Shown: positions 57,237 to 64,000 of the stretch, piece by piece | Position numbering within the stretch: position 1 is the stretch's first letter | Layout: each line of letters begins with the position of its first letter | Origin: Minisyncoccia bacterium | Lineage (GTDB): Bacteria; Patescibacteriota; Minisyncoccia; Phycocordibacterales; SBAW01 | NCBI GenBank assembly: GCA_049997855.1 | Contig: JBEKSG010000001.1 | Span: forward strand, 58,059-122,058 | Length of the DNA stretch: 64,000 nt | Direction of reading: 5' to 3' | Made by a program: the position numbers and the translations under genes | Notes under the pieces: generated by a model | Told to the model about the DNA's origin: nothing | Databases searched by the model: none | Seen by the model: only the letters and a program-made list of their open reading frames with translations

Positions 57237-57560
57237 ATGGATCATATCAGCGCGCACATAAAAAAAGCCGCAGATAAACCCCGACGCCCTGGGGTCGGGG
57301 TCCCGACCAGGGCGTCGGGAGACCGTGTTACCGAGCGCGGCGAGCTGATGCAGTATTTTATGGAACGGTTGAATAGCTCGCGCGTGCGCGATGGCTTGCC
57401 CAAACTCACCATGCCACGCATGGGACACTTGCTGACGGCGATACCCACCAAAGATTTATACTATTTAAAAAGTGTGTGCGACAACGCAAAGGACTTTTCC
57501 AAAAAATTTTGGTGGGAGATCGATCCTAAGAAACATTCTGACAATAATCATGCAAAATAA
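57237..57560 (+). CDS. Hypothetical protein
   Basis: Tightly packed between neighbours; overlaps the murA start. Confidence 0.65.
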   Translation: MDHISAHIKKAADKPRRPGVGVPTRASGDRVTERGELMQYFMERLNSSRVRDGLPKLTMPRMGHLLTAIPTKDLYYLKSVCDNAKDFSKKFWWEIDPKKHSDNNHAK

Positions 57561-58806
57561 ATTTATCGTCGAAGGGCTCGCAGGCAAAAAAACGCTGGAA
57601 GGCGAGATTGTCGTTGGCGGCGCTAAAAACGCAGCCACCAAGGCGCTTGCCGCCTCAATCTTGTTTGAAGACGAGTTGCAGTACCACAACATGCCTGAGA
57701 TAGAAGACGTCGCGCGCATGCGCGAGCTCCTCGCTGTTGCCAAGCAGGGCACCATACTCAATCCAGTGATGGATAAAAAAATATCCGAGCGCATGCGTTC
57801 ATCTATTGTAATGGCCGGCCCTTTGCTCGCGCGCGCAGGCGCGGTGACCTTCCCGTTCCCCGGGGGATGCGTGCTCGGCGAGCGGCCCATCGATTTGTTT
57901 TTGGAGGGATTTAAGGCGATGGGGGCCTGCATTGAGGAAAGAAACGATTTATTTGTTGTCACCGCGCCGGGTAAAAAATTAAAGGGTGCACACATCGCAT
58001 TCCCGTTTGTCTCGGTGACCGCAACCGAGACACTCATGCTCGCAGCAGTGCTTGCGGAAGGAGAGACAATTTTGGAAAATGCGGCTATGGAACCCGAGAT
58101 ATCGTGCTTGGCAGAGTTTTTAAACTTATGCGGCTCACACATCGACGGTGCAGGCACAAACACCATAAAAATTGCTGGTGGCAATTTGCTCAAAGCCGAA
58201 GGCAAAGCGTTTGTAACGCCTCCCGACAGGATAGAGGCGGGAAGCTTTGTGATACTCGCCGCGCTTGCCGGCAAAGAAGTAACAATACAAAAGTGCGAGC
58301 CAAAACATATGGGAGCGATTATCACTTTGATTCGGCATGCGGGCGTGCCGCTCGAGGTCGGCGCAGAGTATATAAAAGTATCGGCAGGCGACATCCGGAA
58401 CAGCGCGTTTAAGCTCGTTTCGGTGCGCACACACGAGTATCCGGGATTTCCCACCGACCTCCAAGCGCCGATGGCGGTGTTTCTCTCCCAGGCAACCGGC
58501 GAGGGCATGATACTCGAAACAATTTTTGACGGGCGCTTTAGGTACGCCGATGACTTGGTGCGCATGGGCGCCGACATCACGGTGATGAATCCGCACAAAA
58601 TGTTAATCAAAGGCCCGCGCCCTCTTAGCCGTAAAGAGCTCGAGAGCCCCGACCTGCGCGGCGGCTTGGCCTACATCATTGCCGCGGCGGTTGCCACCGG
58701 CACCTCAACAATCAGCAACGCCTACGTGATAGACCGCGGCTACGAGCATATAGAGGAACGCCTTCAAAAATTAGGCCTTAATATCAAGAGGGAAGTATCC
58801 GCATAA
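57550..58806 (+). CDS. murA: UDP-N-acetylglucosamine 1-carboxyvinyltransferase
   Basis: GAKNAA, PGGCVLGERPID, YPGFPTDLQ, DLRGG, IDRGYE. Confidence 0.96.
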   Translation: MQNKFIVEGLAGKKTLEGEIVVGGAKNAATKALAASILFEDELQYHNMPEIEDVARMRELLAVAKQGTILNPVMDKKISERMRSSIVMAGPLLARAGAVTFPFPGGCVLGERPIDLFLEGFKAMGACIEERNDLFVVTAPGKKLKGAHIAFPFVSVTATETLMLAAVLAEGETILENAAMEPEISCLAEFLNLCGSHIDGAGTNTIKIAGGNLLKAEGKAFVTPPDRIEAGSFVILAALAGKEVTIQKCEPKHMGAIITLIRHAGVPLEVGAEYIKVSAGDIRNSAFKLVSVRTHEYPGFPTDLQAPMAVFLSQATGEGMILETIFDGRFRYADDLVRMGADITVMNPHKMLIKGPRPLSRKELESPDLRGGLAYIIAAAVATGTSTISNAYVIDRGYEHIEERLQKLGLNIKREVSA

Positions 58807-58845
58807 TTTGTTTAAGTCGCTTTGCTCTTGTATCATGGCGGGGCT

Positions 58846-59859
58846 ATGGCTTTTTTTACTCCCAAGCTCGGCATTGACCTCGGCACCACCAACACGCTGG
58901 TGTTTGTGCCGGGTAAGGGGGTCATACTCAACGAACCATCGGTGGTCGCAATCTCCGAGGTCGACAAGCACGTGTTGGCGGTGGGTTTTGCCGCCAAAGA
59001 AATGATAGGCCGCACGCCGGGCGAAATTGTGGCCTATCGGCCGCTCCGCGACGGCGTCATTGCCGACTATCGCGTCACGCAAGCGATGCTGCGCTATTTT
59101 ATACAAAAGGCGCTCGGGCGCTTCCAATTTTTTAAGCCGGAGGTGATGATTAGCGTGCCCACTGGCGTCACCTCGACCGAGCGGCGCGCGGTAGTAGAGG
59201 CCGCGATACGCGCGGGCGCAAAGAGTGCCTACGTGGTTAAAGAGTCGGTGCTCGCAGCCATCGGCGCGGGCATTCCCATACAAGAAGCGCGTGGCAACAT
59301 GGTGGTCGACCTCGGCGGCGGCACGTGCGATGTGGCGGTCATCAGCCTCGGCGGCATTGTGGCTTCCACAAGCGTTAAATGCGCGGGCGACAAGCTTGAC
59401 CATGCTATCGCCGATTATATTAAAAAAACATATAACCTCGGCATCGGCGAGAAGACCGCCGAGGACGTCAAAATCGCCATCGGTTCGGCGGTACCGATGG
59501 AAGAGGAGTTTGCCGTCATGGTGCGCGGCCGCGATTTTATCTCAGGGCTCCCGCGCACGGTTGAGATAAAAACCAATGACATTGTTAAAGCTATTGGCAA
59601 AGAACTCCGCGAAATAATCAAAGCAATACGCGATGTTTTGCAAGAGACGCCGCCCGAGCTCGCGAGCGACATTATTGATAGGGGTATCATCATGACAGGA
59701 GGCACTTCGCTGTTGCGCAACTTTCCCGAGCTGGTGCTCCGCCGCACGGGTGTTAAGGCTGAGGTGGCAAACGACCCTCTCTATTGCGTGGCGCGCGGCA
59801 CGGGCATTGCGCTCAACCATCTCGACACGTACAAAAAAGCCATCATCACTAAAAGGTAG
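58846..59859 (+). CDS. mreB: Rod shape-determining protein
   Basis: GIDLGTTNT, EPSVVA, PLRDGVIAD, VDLGGGT, LQETPPELASDI. Confidence 0.96.
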   Translation: MAFFTPKLGIDLGTTNTLVFVPGKGVILNEPSVVAISEVDKHVLAVGFAAKEMIGRTPGEIVAYRPLRDGVIADYRVTQAMLRYFIQKALGRFQFFKPEVMISVPTGVTSTERRAVVEAAIRAGAKSAYVVKESVLAAIGAGIPIQEARGNMVVDLGGGTCDVAVISLGGIVASTSVKCAGDKLDHAIADYIKKTYNLGIGEKTAEDVKIAIGSAVPMEEEFAVMVRGRDFISGLPRTVEIKTNDIVKAIGKELREIIKAIRDVLQETPPELASDIIDRGIIMTGGTSLLRNFPELVLRRTGVKAEVANDPLYCVARGTGIALNHLDTYKKAIITKR

Positions 59860-59901
59860 CTCCCAAAAAGATTTGCATTTTGGGAGCTTATAATTATCCT
59901 C

Positions 59902-60588
59902 ATGACTCACCATGCCTATTTTTTAGAAGGCGAGCTGAACCTCTTGCAAGCGGTAAGCAACGACGTGCGCGCACGCGAGCATATAAAAAGTAATGATCCC
60001 GACTTTCTTGAACGAATGTACGAAAAGTTTGGCGTCGAAGAAGCGGCAAAGCTGAGAACTCTTGCGTCTTTTAGAGCGGCGGGAGAAAAAAGTTTTTTTA
60101 TTATCGCAATTTCTTCGATTACCATCGAGGCGCAGCAAGCGTTGCTCAAACTGCTCGAGGAACCGCGCACAGGATTGACGCTCGTGCTCGTGGTGCCGCA
60201 CGGTGCGCTGTTGCCAACACTGCGCTCGCGCATGCTCGCATATCCACACAAGTTGAAATTTGCTGAGCAAAATAGTCTGGTTGAGACGAAGTCGACCCGA
60301 GGACTTTTTGAACAGCAAATTTCAACTTTCCTAAAATCGCCCTATAAAGCGCGCAGTGCAATCATTACCGAGTTGCTTGGGGACGACGAGGGTGCCCGGG
60401 AGCGCGTGCGGGCTTTTTTAAACGGGCTCGAAATCGAGCTCCATACAAAATTTTTGCAGTCGAAGGGTAAAAAAGAGTTTCGCGAAGCGCTCGAGGATAT
60501 TGCGAAAGTGCGCTCTTACGCGGGCGACCGCTCGCCATCTTTTAAAATGTTACTTGAGCATTTGGCTTTGGCGTTACCGAGGTTTTGA
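59902..60588 (+). CDS. holB: DNA polymerase III delta-prime-like subunit (short)
   Basis: EAQQALLKLLEEP, LLPTLRSR. Confidence 0.75.
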   Translation: MTHHAYFLEGELNLLQAVSNDVRAREHIKSNDPDFLERMYEKFGVEEAAKLRTLASFRAAGEKSFFIIAISSITIEAQQALLKLLEEPRTGLTLVLVVPHGALLPTLRSRMLAYPHKLKFAEQNSLVETKSTRGLFEQQISTFLKSPYKARSAIITELLGDDEGARERVRAFLNGLEIELHTKFLQSKGKKEFREALEDIAKVRSYAGDRSPSFKMLLEHLALALPRF

Positions 60589-60591
60589 AAT

Positions 60592-60614
60592 TATTACTAT
60601 ATTACGTAATATAG
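60592..60614. promoter_or_regulatory. Palindrome ATATTACGTAATAT (copy 3) upstream of nth
   Basis: ctatattacgtaatatag is a perfect 18-bp palindrome; 60592-60612 is the exact reverse complement of 25653-25673. Confidence 0.7.
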
Positions 60615-60623
60615 GAAACTTTC

Positions 60624-61301
60624 ATGAGTCCCAAAAAACTACAAGAAAGAAAACTGCGCGTGCGAAAGCTCAACAAAGCTCTTGCGGAGCTTTTTCCGCA
60701 TGCAAGAATTGAGCTCAACTATAAAACGCCGTTGGAGCTTTTGGTGGCCGTCCAGCTCTCCGCACAGTCGACCGATAAAACCGTCAACAAGATTACCGAA
60801 ACGTTGTTTAAAAAATATAAAAATCTTGATGCCTACGTGCGTGCGAGCCAAACCGAACGAGGCAGGCGTGAGTTTGAACGCGCCATCTTTTCATCTGGAT
60901 TTTATCGCAACAAAGCTAAAAACATCCTTGCTGCCGCCGCAATGATAAAAGAAAAGTTTAATGGGAAAGTGCCCAAAACAATGGAAGGGATGTTGCGCCT
61001 GCCGGGCGTTGCGCGCAAAACAGCCAACGTGGTGCTTGCCGAGGCGTTCGGTGCTTTGGCAGGCGTTGCGGTAGATACGCATGTCATACGCTTTGTAAAA
61101 CGATTTGACCTTTCCGACGAAAAAATGCCCCAAAGAATAGAAAAAGACTTGACGCAACTCTTGCCGCACAAAGAATGGCGCGCGTTTACGCACAGGGTTA
61201 TCTGGTATGGCAGGCGCATGGCGCCTGCCAGGCCCTACGACACTGGCAAAGACCCGTTGGTTAAAATCTATCCGCCTGCCACCAAACGCTTTAGGGTGTA
61301 G
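60624..61301 (+). CDS. nth: Endonuclease III lacking Fe-S cysteines
   Basis: LSAQSTD, GFYRNKAK, LPGVARKTANVV, VDTHV. Confidence 0.93.
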   Translation: MSPKKLQERKLRVRKLNKALAELFPHARIELNYKTPLELLVAVQLSAQSTDKTVNKITETLFKKYKNLDAYVRASQTERGRREFERAIFSSGFYRNKAKNILAAAAMIKEKFNGKVPKTMEGMLRLPGVARKTANVVLAEAFGALAGVAVDTHVIRFVKRFDLSDEKMPQRIEKDLTQLLPHKEWRAFTHRVIWYGRRMAPARPYDTGKDPLVKIYPPATKRFRV

Positions 61302-61415
61302 CACCGTGGAAACTTCTTGAGAAAAATCTAGGCGGGGGCGTGCCGCTTTTTAAGGAGCAGAGCGACTATAAAAAGTGGGGTTAAGGATTTTTTGAGAGAA
61401 TGTTCCCATGGTGCT
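61300..61415. repeat. Long imperfect intergenic hairpin element
   Basis: agcaccgtggaaac..aaaaatc pairs with gatttttt..gttcccatggtgct; inner ccgcttttt/aaaaagtgg. Confidence 0.6.
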
Positions 61416-61435
61416 GTTAATGTTATAATGTCGCC

Positions 61436-61987
61436 ATGGCATACGATTTTAAAACTTTTGATAAGAAGATTGCAGATATTACCGAGCGGCTCGGCAAAGA
61501 GCTGGCATCTGTGCGCACGGGGCGCGCCGGGCCGGCGATACTCGACGGCGTGTTAGTGGAGAGCTATGGCACTCGCGTGCCGATAACTCAAGTTGCCAAT
61601 ATCTCGATTGAAGACGCGCGCACGTTGCGTATCGTGCCGTGGGATAAAGCCCTAGCCAAAGAAATTGAGAAGGCTATAACAAGCGCAAATCTCGGCCTCT
61701 CGGTCGGTGTGGACGAAAAAGGGGTTCGCGTGTTTTTTCCCGAGCTCACCTCGGAGCGCCGCGTGTCGCTCCTTAAACTCGCCAAAGAAAAAGTTGAGGA
61801 GATGCGCACGTCGCTTCGCTCGGTACGCGATGAGGTGTGGAGTGATATCCAAAAGCTGGAACGTGACGGCAAGATGCCCGAAGACGACAAGTTTAAAGCA
61901 AAATACGACATGCAAAAGCGCGTCGATGCGGCCAACGCCGCCTTTGACACCGCGCTCGCGCGGAAAGAGAAGGAGATAGCGGGCTAA
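61436..61987 (+). CDS. frr: Ribosome recycling factor
   Basis: VRTGRA, PWDK, PELTSERR. Confidence 0.96.
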   Translation: MAYDFKTFDKKIADITERLGKELASVRTGRAGPAILDGVLVESYGTRVPITQVANISIEDARTLRIVPWDKALAKEIEKAITSANLGLSVGVDEKGVRVFFPELTSERRVSLLKLAKEKVEEMRTSLRSVRDEVWSDIQKLERDGKMPEDDKFKAKYDMQKRVDAANAAFDTALARKEKEIAG

Positions 61988-62004
61988 ATGCTATCATAAG
62001 GCGC

Positions 62005-63132
62005 ATGACCTTTGTCTACTTTATCCTCATTTTGGTGGTGCTTGTCATCGTGCACGAGTTTGGACATTTTATCGTGGCCAAATTGTGCGGCATACGTGTC
62101 GACGAGTTTGGCATATTTTTCCCGCCGCGCATCGCGGCCATCACAAGAGGGGAGACCATATACTCCATTAATTGGCTGCCGTTTGGCGGGTTTGTAAAAA
62201 TCTTCGGCGAAAATTACAACGACCTGCCTGCGCAGGCAGGAGGGCAAACCGGCACGCGGAGCTTTGCGAGCAAGCCGCCGCTTATGCAAGCCATGGTTAT
62301 CGTTGCGGGCATCGTGTGCAACCTTCTTTTTGCGTGGCTTGTGCTCTCGACGGGTTACATGGCGGGCATCCCTACCTCGCCCGGCACCAACACCTTTGGC
62401 ACCGTTACCAACGTACAGGTACTTGTGACTGACGTGTTGCCCGGCTCTCCGGCCGAAAAATCCGGTCTTGTGAGCAACGACCAGATAGAGAAAATACAAA
62501 CCGCCAGCGCCTCGCTCGATGTGCGCTCGCTTATACAAACTCAAAGCTCCGGCGCGGCTGATACCGTAACCAACTTTATTGTGGCGCATCAAGACGAGAG
62601 CGTAATTATCACGGTGTTGCGCGGCGGGCAACAAAAAGAGTTTTTAGCCAAAGCCGAGAGCGGACTTGTCGCAGGGCGCAAAGCAATAGGCGTTGAACTC
62701 TCCGATGTGGGCACGCTGAGGCTTGCGCCCCCGCAAGCTATACTCCAAGGTGCGATATTTGGCTACGACATTACCATCAACACAGCGCAAGGCCTCGCTG
62801 TTTTTTTAAAGCAATTGGCAACCGGCACCGCCGATTTTAGTCAAGTATCGGGCCCCATCGGCATCACCGTGTTTGGTGCGGCAACGCTCAAGGAGGGATG
62901 GGTAGCGGCGGCGCTCTTAACCGCGCTCATATCGATAAATCTGGCAATCATAAACCTCATCCCCATCCCCGGGCTTGACGGCGGCCGCTTGCTTATCATT
63001 GGCATCGAGGCAATACGCCGCCGCCCAATGCACCCGAGCCTCGTGATGAAGGCTACCATGGTCGGTTTTGTGCTCCTCATTATCCTCATGGCTGTAGTGT
63101 CGTATCACGACATAGTTCGCCTCGTGGGATAA
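62005..63132 (+). CDS. rseP: Site-2 protease RseP (M50) with PDZ domain
   Basis: HEFGH, PFGGFV, NLIPIPGLDGG. Confidence 0.93.
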   Translation: MTFVYFILILVVLVIVHEFGHFIVAKLCGIRVDEFGIFFPPRIAAITRGETIYSINWLPFGGFVKIFGENYNDLPAQAGGQTGTRSFASKPPLMQAMVIVAGIVCNLLFAWLVLSTGYMAGIPTSPGTNTFGTVTNVQVLVTDVLPGSPAEKSGLVSNDQIEKIQTASASLDVRSLIQTQSSGAADTVTNFIVAHQDESVIITVLRGGQQKEFLAKAESGLVAGRKAIGVELSDVGTLRLAPPQAILQGAIFGYDITINTAQGLAVFLKQLATGTADFSQVSGPIGITVFGAATLKEGWVAAALLTALISINLAIINLIPIPGLDGGRLLIIGIEAIRRRPMHPSLVMKATMVGFVLLIILMAVVSYHDIVRLVG

Positions 63133-63137
63133 AAAAT

Positions 63138-64000
63138 ATGGACGATCGTCTGCAAACAAAACGAGAAGAGTTTGATTTTTTAGCGAAAGAGTACCAAGTT
63201 CATCCGGAGCTGTTTCTGCGGTCGGCATTTGTGGAGGATGCCGAGACGTTGGGAGAGTTTGGCATATACATCCCCGGCAAGGAATCCTGCGCACCCGGCC
63301 TCCTCAAATTATGGCCGGAAGATTTTATTGTTGAAGAACAAACACAAAAAGGCAACTCAAGTGTCAGCGGCACTCGTGCGACTGTCTCGGGAGAAGGCGG
63401 TACAGTGTATGCAACGCTCGTTAAGTGCGGGCTCTCAACAATCGAGGCAGTTGAGGACATTGCACAAAAACTGGGGCTTTGTGTCGAAGACATCGCCTAT
63501 GCGGGGATTAAAGACAAAGACGCTATTACGGCACAGCTTATCTCGCTCCGGCGCACGTCGGTTGCAAAAGTTGCAGCAATCAAAACCCCGAATTTTTTTC
63601 TTAAGGATATATATAGTGGGCAAGGCGCGATAGAAAAAGGCGGTCTCACCGGCAATCGCTTTACTATTGTCGTGCGTACCGAGCCGTCATTTTTTGAAGG
63701 CGGGCAAGCATCTTTATTTGTTAAAAAACTGACACAACTTAAAAGAAAGGGTTTTTATAATTTCTTTTACCTCCAACGTTTTGGCACACCACGCCTGCAC
63801 AACTTTGCCTGGGCACGACAGATTTTGCGCGGTGAGTATGAGGCCGCTGTGCGCGATATCATTGCCTTCGAAGGCTCGCGCGAGTTACCATACTTTAAAC
63901 AGATGCGCCAAAAAATGGATGCGTCGTTTGGCCGCTGGGACAAAATCCAAAAACTGATAGAGCCGCTGCCTCTCATGTTTAGGCACGAGCAAAGGCTCGC
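63138..64000 (+). CDS. truD: tRNA pseudouridine(13) synthase (partial, runs off right edge)
   Basis: Own translation: KLWPEDFIVEE, YAGIKDKDAITAQ, GNRFTIVVR, FYNFFYLQRFG. Confidence 0.88.
   Translation, partial: MDDRLQTKREEFDFLAKEYQVHPELFLRSAFVEDAETLGEFGIYIPGKESCAPGLLKLWPEDFIVEEQTQKGNSSVSGTRATVSGEGGTVYATLVKCGLSTIEAVEDIAQKLGLCVEDIAYAGIKDKDAITAQLISLRRTSVAKVAAIKTPNFFLKDIYSGQGAIEKGGLTGNRFTIVVRTEPSFFEGGQASLFVKKLTQLKRKGFYNFFYLQRFGTPRLHNFAWARQILRGEYEAAVRDIIAFEGSRELPYFKQMRQKMDASFGRWDKIQKLIEPLPLMFRHEQRL

Noticed and set aside
57465-59403. 381-aa and 210-aa minus-strand ORFs
   Set aside because: Shadows of murA and mreB.
63200-63976. Short ORFs listed at the right end
   Set aside because: They overlap the open truD frame starting at 63138.

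Overview
This window looks like a Patescibacteria (CPR, Parcubacteria-like) chromosome segment. That is inferred from gene content, the CPR-type surface proteins and near-leaderless genes; TGA is used as a stop. From left to right it holds: partial nrdA; a Fur/Zur-znuACB metal uptake operon; and a type IV pilus locus (6998-13393) interrupted by a REP-associated tyrosine transposase (RAYT) and bracketed by seven copies of a 21-bp palindrome. Next is an ~11-kb secreted/surface-protein cluster (13546-24366) in which three proteins share an unnamed NSS...TG[G/S/D]N...TG[D/A]A...NTN repeat, with structured intergenic RNA elements and a downstream S53 protease. Then come a mannoside-salvage cluster containing a TrpR-like gene flanked by its own palindromes, cell-envelope genes, and an ORFan patch. 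A 10.4-kb island (42471-52892) is integrated at tRNA-Asn and carries a Rep protein, a type III R-M system and a large serine recombinase whose C-terminus is swapped by integration. The window ends in housekeeping genes (hpf, fmt, def, murA, mreB, holB-like, nth, frr, rseP, partial truD), four of which carry in-frame palindromic insertions. The best candidates for undescribed systems are the repeat-protein fibre operon, the RAYT/REP-bracketed pilus locus and the split-tail recombinase island. All protein assignments come from motif recognition by eye; no searches were run.
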